Source: an uncultured delta proteobacterium
GTDB taxonomy: Bacteria; Desulfobacterota; Desulfobacteria; Desulfobacterales; JAHEIW01
Assembly: GCA_963706575.1 (NCBI GenBank)
Contig: CAVPNL010000005.1
Location: forward strand, 128,001 to 192,000
DNA length: 64,000 bases
Direction: 5' to 3'
Positions 39,648-49,576 of the stretch are shown here, in pieces. Under the pieces are notes generated by a model. The model was not told the origin of the DNA. It did no database searches and worked only from the letters and a program-made list of their open reading frames with translations. Position 1 is the first letter of the stretch. Each line of letters begins with the position of its first letter. A program made the translations under genes and the position numbers.

Positions 39648-40667
39648 ATGGACACAATATTTTTAATGAGTTTGCTTACCTGGATCGGGATTTTTTTCTG
39701 CATATCCCAATCCGCCATGTTTTCCGGCATGAATCTGGCTCTTTTCAGTATCAGTCGACTCAGGTTGGAAGTGGAAGCCGACCTCGGAAATAGTGATGCT
39801 TCCATAGTTCTGAATATGCGAAAAGATTCGAATTTTTTATTGACAACGGTTCTTTGGGGAAATGTTGGAGTCAACGTCCTGCTGACGCTGCTTTCCAATT
39901 CGGTACTGGCTGGAGTTTTTGCTTTTTTATTTTCCACCGTGATCATCACCATCATCGGCGAAATTATGCCACAGGCTTATTTCTCCCGTCATGCCTTGCG
40001 CGTGGCTTCAATGCTGGCACCGATATTAAAATTTTATCAGATCCTGTTATATCCGGCTGCCAAACCGACTGCCAAAATATTGGACGCCTGGCTGGGGGCT
40101 GAAGGAATCCAATATTTCCGGGAGCACAGCCTCAGGGAAGTCATCAAAAAGCACATTGAGGCCGATGTGTCCGATGTGGATCGCCTGGAAGGGATCGGAG
40201 CGCTGAACTTTTTGGCCATCGACGATCTGCTGGCCGTTGAGCAAGGCGAGCATATTGATCCGAACAGTATGATATCATTGGAATTTCAAGAAGATTTGCC
40301 TGTCTTCCCATCATTTGAAAGATCAACCTCGGACCCCTTCTTGAAACAGATAGAAGCCAGCAAGAAAAAGTGGGTTGTACTTACTGATTCGAACGGAGAA
40401 CCGCATTTTACGCTGGATTCCGATGCATTTCTGCGGGACGTGCTTTTTGAGGAAACACCGATAAACCCTATAGGATATTGCCATCGCCCGATAATTATTA
40501 AAGATCCAAGCGTGCCACTGGGCAACGTCTTATGTCAACTCAAAGAGTGCGTGCATTGCATGCGGGATGATATTATAGATCGGGATGTGATTCTCATATG
40601 GGGGCACGAGGAAAACCGCGTTATCACCGGGGCAGATATTCTGGGCAGGTTGTTAAAAGGAATATGA
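39648..40667 (+). CDS. DUF21/CNNM domain membrane protein with degenerate CBS region
   Basis: SAMFSG, LTTVLWGNV, GEIMPQA; C-terminal VITGADILGRLL. Confidence 0.85.
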   Translation: MDTIFLMSLLTWIGIFFCISQSAMFSGMNLALFSISRLRLEVEADLGNSDASIVLNMRKDSNFLLTTVLWGNVGVNVLLTLLSNSVLAGVFAFLFSTVIITIIGEIMPQAYFSRHALRVASMLAPILKFYQILLYPAAKPTAKILDAWLGAEGIQYFREHSLREVIKKHIEADVSDVDRLEGIGALNFLAIDDLLAVEQGEHIDPNSMISLEFQEDLPVFPSFERSTSDPFLKQIEASKKKWVVLTDSNGEPHFTLDSDAFLRDVLFEETPINPIGYCHRPIIIKDPSVPLGNVLCQLKECVHCMRDDIIDRDVILIWGHEENRVITGADILGRLLKGI

Positions 40668-40701
40668 CGAATACGCAAGAGATTGCATCCAAAGAAAGGG
40701 A

Positions 40702-40745
40702 TTAACTTGATAATTCCCTGCAACTCGCTGCAGGGAGGTTCATTA
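40702..40745. repeat. 44-bp hairpin repeat, IS200/IS605-end-like (copy 2)
   Basis: 42/44 identical to 3810-3853; overlaps stop codon of the USP gene. Confidence 0.75.
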
Positions 40746-41279
40746 TTTTGCTGTGTTTTTCAGATAATTAGCGTCAAAAAGATAAAGGGGCCGGAAAAGA
40801 GCAGCGCCTCCCGTTTGATGATCTCTTTCACGAATGCTGAGGAGCGGCACCGGGCAGCGGCGAAACATTTTTTCAGCCGTCGAGCCGAATAAAATTCCGG
40901 CGAGATCGCTGCGTCCTTTGGCCCCCATGATCACAATATCAACTTGCTCTTCTTCGGCGGCAGTTATTAATTCTATGAAAGGGATTCCCGTCCTAATCAC
41001 TACCCTGTGGGTGATATTGGTGCAGCTTGTCTTTTCCATCAATTTTTGCATTTTTTCAGCTCTTTCGCGCTTGAGCTTGCTGATATAATCATCCACCGAC
41101 AGGTTTTCTGAATGATAAACAAACGCTTGCTTGATGGCATTGATATTCAGCTTATTGATGACGTTGACAAATACCAATTTTGCTTTTAAATCCTCTGCAA
41201 CACCTCTGGCATATTTCACAATTTGCACCGAATATACTGAAAAATCGACAGCTACCAATATCTTTTTAATTCTACTCAT
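40743..41279 (-). CDS. Universal stress protein, paralog of 36618-37085
   Basis: KILVAVDFS...IMGAKGRS...LFGSTAEKMFRRCPVPLL. Confidence 0.92.
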   Translation of the reverse strand: MSRIKKILVAVDFSVYSVQIVKYARGVAEDLKAKLVFVNVINKLNINAIKQAFVYHSENLSVDDYISKLKRERAEKMQKLMEKTSCTNITHRVVIRTGIPFIELITAAEEEQVDIVIMGAKGRSDLAGILFGSTAEKMFRRCPVPLLSIRERDHQTGGAALFRPLYLFDANYLKNTAK

Positions 41280-41344
41280 TTCGTCTCACCATAGTTGAAT
41301 GAAACCATTACGTGCTTCATGAGCGCCGTTATGAATGAAATGGA

Positions 41345-42589
41345 TCAGGCGCTTTTTGCGGTTGGTTGATAAGCCACGATAGGTTTTCCCTGACCCACAA
41401 CCACATCCGCAGTGATGATGCATTCGTGAACATATTTCATGGACGGCAGTTCGTACATGATATCCAGCAGGCAAGCTTCCAGAATCGTGCGCAAACCTCT
41501 GGCCCCTGACTTGCGCTGGGTGGCTCCGGTGGCAATCGTCTCGAGTGCGTCTTCCGTAAATCTTAAGTTTACTCCCTCCATTTCAAAAAGCTTCTGAAAT
41601 TGTCGGATCAAGGCGTTTCTGGGTTCTTTCAATACCCGAATCAAGGCCTCTGCGTTTAAATCGTGCAGCGGTGCGATCACCGGCAGGCGACCCAAAAACT
41701 CCGGAATAAAACCGTATTTCAACAGGTCTTCCGGCTGGACTTCCTTGAGAATGTCACCGATACTACCTGCTTTGTCGTGCGCGATTCTGGCGCCATACCC
41801 CATAACTTTTGAGCCCATGCGGCTTTGAATAATTTTCTCCAGTCCGGTAAACGTGCCGCCGCAAATAAACAGGATGTTGCGGGTGTCAATCTTTATGAAG
41901 TCCTGCTGAGGATGTTTGCGGCCGCCTCTGGGCGGCACACTGGCGACGGTGCCTTCGAGGATCTTCAAAAGCGCCTGCTGGACCCCTTCACCCGATACAT
42001 CCCTACTGTCTGAGGAAGCGCCTGTCTTCCTGGCGATCTTGTCGATTTCGTCTATGTAGACAATTCCCTGATGGGCTCTGTCGATATTGTAGTCAGCGTT
42101 TTGCAGCAAATACAGGATGATGTTTTCGACATCCTCGCCGACATAGCCGGCTTGCGTTAACGGGGTTGCATCGGCGATCGTAAAGGGCACATCTAGAAAC
42201 CGGGCCAGGGTTTGGGCCAGCAAGGTCTTGCCGCTGCCGGTCGGCCCGATTAAAAGTACATTGCTTTTTTGGATTTCGACGTCCGCGCCGTGAATACCGC
42301 TGTCAAGACGCTTGTAATGGTTAAAAACAGCTACCGATAGGATCTTTTTAGCCGTTTCCTGCTCAATCGCGTATTCATCCAGTTTTTCTTTGATTTCTTT
42401 TGGCGTCAGCCTGTGCGGTAATTTTTTTGTACCCCCTTTTTTTTCTTCTTCTAAAAGTTTATTGCACAGGCGGACGCATTCGTCACAGATATGCACCGCC
42501 GGCCCGGCAATTAATTTTTTTACTACGGATTGTTCCTTGCCGCAAAATGAGCAAAACAGGCTGTTACCGTAATTATTGTCCTCTAACAT
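41345..42589 (-). CDS. clpX: ATP-dependent Clp protease ATP-binding subunit ClpX
   Basis: CSFCGK...CDEC zinc finger, [47 protein letters not shown]. Confidence 0.95.
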   Translation of the reverse strand: MLEDNNYGNSLFCSFCGKEQSVVKKLIAGPAVHICDECVRLCNKLLEEEKKGGTKKLPHRLTPKEIKEKLDEYAIEQETAKKILSVAVFNHYKRLDSGIHGADVEIQKSNVLLIGPTGSGKTLLAQTLARFLDVPFTIADATPLTQAGYVGEDVENIILYLLQNADYNIDRAHQGIVYIDEIDKIARKTGASSDSRDVSGEGVQQALLKILEGTVASVPPRGGRKHPQQDFIKIDTRNILFICGGTFTGLEKIIQSRMGSKVMGYGARIAHDKAGSIGDILKEVQPEDLLKYGFIPEFLGRLPVIAPLHDLNAEALIRVLKEPRNALIRQFQKLFEMEGVNLRFTEDALETIATGATQRKSGARGLRTILEACLLDIMYELPSMKYVHECIITADVVVGQGKPIVAYQPTAKSA

Positions 42590-42654
42590 TACATCCAGCC
42601 TTCTACTTCTCTAGTCCAATTTGTGTTTTCGCCATAAATACGTTTTATTGTTGC

Positions 42655-43647
42655 CTAAAATAAGGACCCGCTATGCGAGCCAGGCCAATTGACAGATGGA
42701 TTCAATACGGATCTTTTTCGACCCACCGTAAATTTATGGGTCCACGTCAATAGTTTTCTGCGAAATGGATGAGCGAGTAATCTCTTAATATTTTCGATTT
42801 GGGACTCCGCAGCTTTTTCTCCCTGCAAGATGACCTCTTCATAGTTCATAAAATTGGCCCAATCCACCTGCCTGACAGCTGGTTCTATCAGAAGGTCGGC
42901 GGATTCTCGCCCCCGACGACTCAAATGGTAACCCATGATTTCCGTGGCACGGGTTATCGCATCAATACCGTCTCTGATGGAAGTGGATTGCTTAATGCTC
43001 AATCCGACATCCACCGCGACAATAACGTCTGCTCCAATGTCTCCTATCAGATCCGCCGGCAGGGGATTAGCAACACCACCGTCCACCAGTAACCTTCCGT
43101 TCCAGGGCATGGGTGGCATAAAACCGGGTACCGCGCAACTTGCCATTACTGCCGCAATCAGCTGTCCCTGGTTCAGGACAATTTGTTCACCTGTATAGAG
43201 ATCGACTGCCAACGCGTTAAACGCAATGGCTGTTTGCTCGATGTTGATATCCGCTACAAAGGCTTCAACGGCATCTCTCATATCTTTCTTAGAAAACAAG
43301 GCATTTCTAAACATGGCCAGGCTGACAAAAACTTCTTTCTGTGCAAAGCGATAAATCCGATCGAACCAGTCGGCTTTTGTGCCGTCGTCCCATTGCATTC
43401 TGCAGAGCAATTTGAGATTCTTTGCATTATTACCATCTGATCCAAGAACTTCCAGGAGCTTTTGTTTCAATGCCTCGGCATCGGGGTTTGTGGCATAGGC
43501 GGCTCCCACCAAAGCCCCGATACTTGAGCCTACGATCATATCAATGGGGATATCGTTACGCTCGAGCACTTTTAAAACACCAATGTGGGCCAGTCCCCTT
43601 GCGCCGCCGCCGCCCAGGGTCAATCCCAGTTTGATGCGTTTACGCAT
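42655..43647 (-). CDS. Patatin-like phospholipase
   Basis: GGGGARG, GSSIG, DGG motifs; start reset to MRKRIK. Confidence 0.92.
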   Translation of the reverse strand: MRKRIKLGLTLGGGGARGLAHIGVLKVLERNDIPIDMIVGSSIGALVGAAYATNPDAEALKQKLLEVLGSDGNNAKNLKLLCRMQWDDGTKADWFDRIYRFAQKEVFVSLAMFRNALFSKKDMRDAVEAFVADINIEQTAIAFNALAVDLYTGEQIVLNQGQLIAAVMASCAVPGFMPPMPWNGRLLVDGGVANPLPADLIGDIGADVIVAVDVGLSIKQSTSIRDGIDAITRATEIMGYHLSRRGRESADLLIEPAVRQVDWANFMNYEEVILQGEKAAESQIENIKRLLAHPFRRKLLTWTHKFTVGRKRSVLNPSVNWPGSHSGSLF

Positions 43648-43712
43648 TGGCTTGAATATCTCCAAAAAATGGTGAGAAAAAACGGGGAAGGGTTGAATTT
43701 TGAAAGAACGCT

Positions 43713-43735
43713 AATCCTATTTTTGAGATGGATTC
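43713..43735. repeat. Isolated MITE terminal repeat of the 31515-31714 family
   Basis: Reverse complement GAATCCATCTCAAAAATAGGATT matches 31520-31542 at 22/23. Confidence 0.65.
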
Positions 43736-43850
43736 TAGTCGTTTTCCCGCGTTCCACATACGATACTTCTTTTTTCTTTGCCCCGCCAAAAAAAATGTTC
43801 GCCCACGGATCCCGGGAGTTAAATTCGGGTGCACCATGCTCTATATGCAC

Positions 43851-43866
43851 AGCAATCCATATGCCA
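43851..43866 (-). promoter_or_regulatory. Sigma-54 promoter (-24/-12)
   Basis: TGGCAT-ATGGA-TTGCT; IHF-like TTTCAGCAGGTTA at 43873-43885. Confidence 0.85.
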
Positions 43867-43920
43867 AATATTTAACCTGCTGAAATCAATATGATTAATT
43901 TTTTTTATGAATCGCGGATC

Positions 43921-43966
43921 GGAACTTGCAGTTCGGGTATCGAAAAAAATCGGAATCGGGAATTCC
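43921..43966. promoter_or_regulatory. Paired putative activator palindromes between divergent sigma-54 promoters
   Basis: 43921-43935 GGAACTTGCAGTTCG and 43952-43966 GGAATCGGGAATTCC, 31 bp apart. Confidence 0.75.
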
Positions 43967-44117
43967 CCTCCGGCGAGGGTTTTGACTTCACAGCCTTCCT
44001 TAGGAACATTTTCCTTAAAAAGATTTTATTTGGCAGTAGCTATTTTCTCATAAGATTCAGGTACTTTTAAGGCGCATCCATTCCTTTGCGTCATGTATTT
44101 ATGCCCTGTGATAAAAT

Positions 44118-44132
44118 TGGCATATCAATTGC
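44118..44132 (+). promoter_or_regulatory. Sigma-54 promoter (-24/-12)
   Basis: TGGCAT-ATCAA-TTGC about 50 bp before 44183. Confidence 0.85.
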
Positions 44133-44182
44133 CTATGAAAGATATTTTTGATCCTGATTTTAAAATTTGAACGAAATGGAGA

Positions 44183-44617
44183 ATGGGAATGAAAGCCTAT
44201 CAAAAAAATTATGTCGGTCTCTGGCTGGACCATCGCCAGGCAGTTATTGTGTCCATCACAGATGACGCTGAAACCATCAAGCGTATCGGTTCCGACATCG
44301 AACGCAAAGTCAGATTGTCCGGCGGGTCTCGCACCGCTAAAACGCCCTATGGGCCCCAGCAGGTTTCGGTTGACGGCAAGCAGCAGGAACGGATAAATAG
44401 ACAGTTGCACCAGTACTATCAACAAATCATTAGAAGAATTCGAGATGCCGCTAAAATCCTGATTTTGGGTCCGGGAGAGGCAAAAACCGAACTAAAAAAA
44501 GAAATGGAAAAATCCAGGGAACTCGCGTCAAAAAAAATTACGGTGGAGCCGGCAGATAAAATGACCGAAAGGCAAATTGCCGCCAGAGTCAGACAGTTTT
44601 TTACGGGTTCCCAATAA
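44183..44617 (+). CDS. eRF1/host-attachment-like (baeRF-type) small protein
   Basis: VGLWLDHRQAVIV...ILILGPGEAKTEL...EPADKMTERQIAARVR pattern. Confidence 0.7.
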   Translation: MGMKAYQKNYVGLWLDHRQAVIVSITDDAETIKRIGSDIERKVRLSGGSRTAKTPYGPQQVSVDGKQQERINRQLHQYYQQIIRRIRDAAKILILGPGEAKTELKKEMEKSRELASKKITVEPADKMTERQIAARVRQFFTGSQ

Positions 44618-44730
44618 AATCGTATTCGCCTTCGCCAGAATACTTCAAGGAAAACCGGCGACTCGACGGAGCTTGTCGAAGTCAGCAAGATGGATCCCCT
44701 GTTCCTATTTTTAAACCTGAATAAAAAAAT

Positions 44731-45396
44731 GTGATGGAGTCTGTTATGCTAGAATTTTTTTTCAAAAAAGAGCGCCAGCTCGAATCGCTGATTTACAGTT
44801 ACCTGGAAAATATGGGCAAAATTCAAAAACATTTTGCCAAGGCCATGAATATTTGCCTGAAAGAGGGTGTCAGTGACGATTTTTGTTTTCTGATGGATCA
44901 GACCCACAAATTTGAATCCAGAGCGGACGACCTGCGGGACGAAACCAACGAGTTGATGTATAGTCGTGCCCTGATTCCAGAATCGCGGGAGGACATCATG
45001 GCACTGCTCGAACGCGTTGATGGGATTCCGCGATCTTTTGAGCAAATCTTAAATATGATCCGGACCCAAAAACTCTCTTTCCCCGAATTTCTGATTCTTG
45101 ACATTCAGGAACTCATCCGGGTTTCAATGGAAAGCTGCGACCTGATGGCCAAGCAGATTGATGTGTTGCTAAAGAAAAAAGAAGGTATCAGAGTGCTGAT
45201 GTCGACAATCGATCAAAACGAGAGCCATTGCGATCATATTGAGCGACGGATTATCACCAAGATTTTTGATTCGGATCTCGAGCCTTTCTTAAAATTGCAA
45301 TTAAAGGAAATGGTCATCGTTATGGGCGAAATCTCGGATCAGGCCGACAGAGTATCCAAACGGATAAACATTATGACCATGAAAAGGCGGATATAA
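44731..45396 (+). CDS. DUF47 / TIGR00153-like phosphate transport regulator
   Basis: ESRADDLR...LIPESREDI...ESHCD...ISDQAD; overlaps pit start. Confidence 0.85.
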   Translation: MMESVMLEFFFKKERQLESLIYSYLENMGKIQKHFAKAMNICLKEGVSDDFCFLMDQTHKFESRADDLRDETNELMYSRALIPESREDIMALLERVDGIPRSFEQILNMIRTQKLSFPEFLILDIQELIRVSMESCDLMAKQIDVLLKKKEGIRVLMSTIDQNESHCDHIERRIITKIFDSDLEPFLKLQLKEMVIVMGEISDQADRVSKRINIMTMKRRI

Positions 45397-46340
45397 TGCT
45401 GTCGCTTCTGGGAGGAATCTTTCTGGGCTGGTCCCTGGGCGCCAATGATGCATCCAATGCCTTCGGTTCAGCAGTGTCGTCACGCATGGTGAAGTTCTGG
45501 ACAGCTGCGATTTTAGCCTCGCTTTTTGTGGTGCTGGGAGCCATCCTCGAGGGCCGGGCCGGAATCGAGACATTGCAAGGTCTGACCGGGTTGACACTCA
45601 AAATGGCGGTTGTCTCATCGGTTGCCGCCGCTGTCACGGTCTCCATTATGACCCTGCTGGGTCTGCCGGTGTCGACTTCCCAGGCGGCTGTCGGCGCCAT
45701 TTTAGGCATCAGTTTTTTGAACAAACAGCTGAATGTTGCCGGTTTGGGCAAAGTGGTTGCATGCTGGTTCGGCACTCCGATCGGCGGCCTGCTGCTGGCG
45801 ATCCTACTTTATAGGGTACTGGCGGTGTTTTATAATCGCAGCCGAATGGATATGTTCGAATCCGACATCCTGCTGCGTCTGGCTTTGATTGTTGCCGGGT
45901 GTTATGCGGCCTACGCCCTGGGAGCCAACAATGTTGCCAATGTAACCGCTGTCTTTGTGGGAGCCGGGCAGTTGACTGTTTTCAGTGCTTCGGTGGTGGG
46001 CGGTTTGAGTATTGCCCTGGGTATTCTGACCTTCAGCCGCAGAGTCATGGAAACGGTTGGGAAAAAGCTGGTGCGTCTGGATCCTTTTTCGGCCCTTGTG
46101 GTGGTCCTGGCCGAAGGCCTTACGGTTCATTTTTATACATTTGTCGGGGTTCCGGTTTCGACGTCCCAGGCGGTGATCGGGGCCGTGTTAGGCGTGGGAG
46201 TCGTCAAAGGGATCAACACGGTCAGCCGGCGGACGCTAAGCAATATTTTGATCGGATGGTTACTGACACCGGCAATTGCCTGTTTTATTGCTGTTGCGCT
46301 CTATTTTGCCGTTAATCTTCGATTTATGCCTGAGTTCTGA
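45396..46340 (+). CDS. pit: PiT family inorganic phosphate/anion transporter
   Basis: GANDASNAFG and GANNVAN signatures, two PVSTSQA motifs. Confidence 0.9.
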   Translation: MLSLLGGIFLGWSLGANDASNAFGSAVSSRMVKFWTAAILASLFVVLGAILEGRAGIETLQGLTGLTLKMAVVSSVAAAVTVSIMTLLGLPVSTSQAAVGAILGISFLNKQLNVAGLGKVVACWFGTPIGGLLLAILLYRVLAVFYNRSRMDMFESDILLRLALIVAGCYAAYALGANNVANVTAVFVGAGQLTVFSASVVGGLSIALGILTFSRRVMETVGKKLVRLDPFSALVVVLAEGLTVHFYTFVGVPVSTSQAVIGAVLGVGVVKGINTVSRRTLSNILIGWLLTPAIACFIAVALYFAVNLRFMPEF

Positions 46341-46406
46341 GCAAATGGCACTGATCTTCATGCTGAATCATGATGGCCTGCTGATAATTATCACACGAGG
46401 TTAAAC

Positions 46407-47780
46407 ATGCCTGAAAATAAAGTAAAAGATCAACCGCAACCGCTACATTTAGGGGAATTGATTCAATCCAACGACACAGCTCAAATCGAGGCTGTTTTTG
46501 AGGATTTACCGCCTGTAGAAATGGCCCGCATGATTTCCAGCCTCAATAAAGCCGATCACATTCATCTTCTTGAATTGCTGGGGCCGGAGGAATCCGCAAG
46601 CATAATTTCGAAAATATCCGGTCTGGGCGCGGCGGATATGGTTGCGCAACTGACTTCCGAACAGGCGGCACCGATTGTAAGTGAATTGCCACGTCAGCTG
46701 CAGGTCAACCTTCTCAGGCGCATGAGGAAAAATAGAGCCAGCGAGATACTGCACGCCATAAAACCGCACAAAGTCAAGAAGCTCGAAAGACTCATGCGTT
46801 ATCCGGAGAATACGGCCGGCGGATTGATGATCACCGAATATCTTTCATACCCTGAAGGCCTGCGGGTCAAGGCGGTCCTGGATGATCTGCGTGAACACGG
46901 CGAGGCCTATTCTGATTTTGATATTCAGTATGCCTATGTGGTTTCTGAAAGAGGCCATTTAAGCGGTGTGTTGCGGTTGCGGGACCTTCTCATGGCACCC
47001 AGAGACAGGGTGCTCAGCGAAACGATGATCAAAACGCCGCTGCACGTCAACATCAATGACTCCCTGCGGGATTTGAAGGATTTTTTCAGGCAGTATACGT
47101 TTTTGGGAGCGCCGGTAACCGACGATGAAGGCAAACTGGTCGGTGTTATCCGGAGTTCATCTGTGAGAGAGGCGGCCAACCGGCAGAACAACCAGCTGTT
47201 TTTAAAATTTGCCGGTATCGTCGGCGGCGAAGAGTCCAGGAACATGTCGCTGTTCAAGCGATCATCCCGTCGCCTGTCCTGGCTCAGCATCAACATTGTT
47301 CTTAACATTATTGCCGCCAGTGTGATTGCTTTATACCAGGACACCCTGGAAAAGGCGATTGTGCTCGCTGTTTTTCTGCCCATTATATCTGATATGAGCG
47401 GTTGTTCGGGCAATCAGGCCGTTGCCGTAAGTATCCGTGAATTGACGTTGGGGCTTGTGCGACCCCGGGAATTGGCCCGGGTGCTGGCCAAGGAATCTGC
47501 CATCGGTATGATCAACGGGATCGTGCTGGGAATTTTACTTGGAGGCGCGGCCGTCCTCTGGAAAGGAAATCCCTGGCTTGGATTGGTAGTCGGCGTTTCT
47601 TTGGCGGCCAACACGCTGGTGGCGGTGAGTTTCGGCGGACTGGTTCCGTTGATTCTGAGGGGTATGCGCACCGATCCGGCCCTGGCATCTGGGCCGCTTC
47701 TTACAACCGTGACGGACATGTGCGGGTTTTTCTTTGTGTTAAGCTTTGCGTCGATACTGCTTCCCAGGTTGGCAGGATAG
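46407..47780 (+). CDS. mgtE: Magnesium transporter MgtE
   Basis: YPENTAGGLM, CBS pair, RRLSWL, SGCSGNQ, DPALASGPLLTTVTD. Confidence 0.95.
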   Translation: MPENKVKDQPQPLHLGELIQSNDTAQIEAVFEDLPPVEMARMISSLNKADHIHLLELLGPEESASIISKISGLGAADMVAQLTSEQAAPIVSELPRQLQVNLLRRMRKNRASEILHAIKPHKVKKLERLMRYPENTAGGLMITEYLSYPEGLRVKAVLDDLREHGEAYSDFDIQYAYVVSERGHLSGVLRLRDLLMAPRDRVLSETMIKTPLHVNINDSLRDLKDFFRQYTFLGAPVTDDEGKLVGVIRSSSVREAANRQNNQLFLKFAGIVGGEESRNMSLFKRSSRRLSWLSINIVLNIIAASVIALYQDTLEKAIVLAVFLPIISDMSGCSGNQAVAVSIRELTLGLVRPRELARVLAKESAIGMINGIVLGILLGGAAVLWKGNPWLGLVVGVSLAANTLVAVSFGGLVPLILRGMRTDPALASGPLLTTVTDMCGFFFVLSFASILLPRLAG

Positions 47781-47788
47781 GAAGGCTG

Positions 47789-49576
47789 ATGAAAAATATT
47801 AGCAAAAACAGTAAAATAAAAAACTCGAATGATTCAAATTTACGTGCTGATCATGCAGATTGGTCTAACCATTTGGATACAAAAGCATATTTCAGGAAGC
47901 TCAAATTGCGTTTAGGCATCGGCCTCCTGATTTCTTTTGTTGTGCCGTTGATCGCCTTATCTGCGTATTTTCATTTTCAGTTTAACTTTACTTTGAAAGA
48001 GAATGCCAAACTTAATCTGATTGCCGTTTCCGAGAGCCAGAGAAATACCGTCGATCTGTTTCTACAGGAAAGAGTCGTCAATATTTTCAGTCAATTCCAA
48101 AGTGGAGAATTCAGCCTGACACCTTCTCGGCACACCATGGAAAACTATCTGAGAAATCTAAGACGGGTCAGCGATGCATTTATTGACGTGGGTTTTCTAG
48201 ATGAAAAAGGTATCCAGATCGGCTATGCCGGTCCATTTCCCCATCTGCAGGATAAAATTTACGCCGATGAACGCTGGTTTGTAACCCTGATGCAACAGGA
48301 CCGGAACCACTTTATCAGCGACATCTATCTTGGTTTCAGAAATAAGCCCCATTTCACCATTGCCGTAAAGCAGATAATCGACGGCAATCTGTATGTGATG
48401 CGCTCAACCCTTGATCCGGATAAATTTTACATGTTTTTACGGACGATCAATCACGGCAAAGGTGCAGATTCCGCGCTGATAAATGATGAAGGCATCTACC
48501 AGATCGCGGATCCCGGTCGCGGGAAACTATTCGGATTAAGCGATTTCCAGCCTTCGAATAAAACGGGGTCCGGGGTTCAGGAAATTAAAAAAAACGGCAC
48601 TGCGATCCTGGTTGCCTATGCCTGGCTACAGGAGACGCCGTGGGCTTTGATCGTAAGAGAGCCCTTAAACATATCCCACGGGCAGATGTACCGGGCCAGA
48701 CAAATCATTATTGCCAGCACTATGCTAATTATCGTTATTGTTGCCATAGTGATCTGGTTTGCGACCAACAAGCTAATAAAAAAAGCCCAAAATAACGCCG
48801 AAAACCGGGAAGAGCTCCAGCTGCAGCTCCTGCATGCCTCCAAGCTGGCCTCGGTGGGCGAATTGGCCACCGGTGTGGCCCATGAGATCAACAACCCCCT
48901 GGCCATCGTCATTGCCACCACCGGTGTAATCCGGGATATGCTGAACCCGGAGTTTGACCTGGACGCCAGCCCAGAAAATATCCTCAAGGAGCTGGATACG
49001 GTTGATACGGCCGTTTATCGGGCGCGGGTCATTACCCGGCAACTGCTGGATTACGGGCGCAAGAATCCTCCCCGCCCGGTGGCCTGCAATCTGAATCAAC
49101 TGTTGGACGAGGTGATGAGCGGCTTCAAGCAGCGTGCATTTGAAGTCGAAAACATCAAGATAAAAAAACAGTATGACCCTGAATTGCCTTTTGTCCTTGC
49201 GGATCCCGATCAAATCCGCCAGGTATTTTTAAACCTGATCAACAATGCAGGTGATGCGATCAGCGCAGCGGGCACAATCACGATTACCACCACCGGCGAA
49301 GGTGATCACGTGCGGGTGACGATTATCGACAGCGGCCGGGGGATGACTGCCGAGCAGATGAAAAAAATATTCGATCCTTTTTATACCACCAAACCGGCGG
49401 GCAAGGGCACCGGCCTGGGCCTGAGCGTTTCCTTGAGTATTGTGAAGTCCATGGGCGGGTCCATCGATGTTCAGAGCATGCCGGGAGCCGGGAGTTCATT
49501 TACAGTTTCATTGCCAATCGACACAACAGAAAGGGGCAACGATGCAGCGGCAACCAGTGACAGCGGACAAAAATAA
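47789..49576 (+). CDS. Membrane sensor histidine kinase (Cache-like periplasmic domain)
   Basis: Two TM segments; AHEINNPL, QVFLNLINNA, DSGRG, FDPFYTTK, GTGLGL. Confidence 0.93.
   Translation: MKNISKNSKIKNSNDSNLRADHADWSNHLDTKAYFRKLKLRLGIGLLISFVVPLIALSAYFHFQFNFTLKENAKLNLIAVSESQRNTVDLFLQERVVNIFSQFQSGEFSLTPSRHTMENYLRNLRRVSDAFIDVGFLDEKGIQIGYAGPFPHLQDKIYADERWFVTLMQQDRNHFISDIYLGFRNKPHFTIAVKQIIDGNLYVMRSTLDPDKFYMFLRTINHGKGADSALINDEGIYQIADPGRGKLFGLSDFQPSNKTGSGVQEIKKNGTAILVAYAWLQETPWALIVREPLNISHGQMYRARQIIIASTMLIIVIVAIVIWFATNKLIKKAQNNAENREELQLQLLHASKLASVGELATGVAHEINNPLAIVIATTGVIRDMLNPEFDLDASPENILKELDTVDTAVYRARVITRQLLDYGRKNPPRPVACNLNQLLDEVMSGFKQRAFEVENIKIKKQYDPELPFVLADPDQIRQVFLNLINNAGDAISAAGTITITTTGEGDHVRVTIIDSGRGMTAEQMKKIFDPFYTTKPAGKGTGLGLSVSLSIVKSMGGSIDVQSMPGAGSSFTVSLPIDTTERGNDAAATSDSGQK

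Noticed and set aside
46346..46361. TGGCAC upstream of mgtE as a sigma-54 promoter
   Set aside because: The -12 position reads TTCAT, not TTGC, and there are no flanking palindromes
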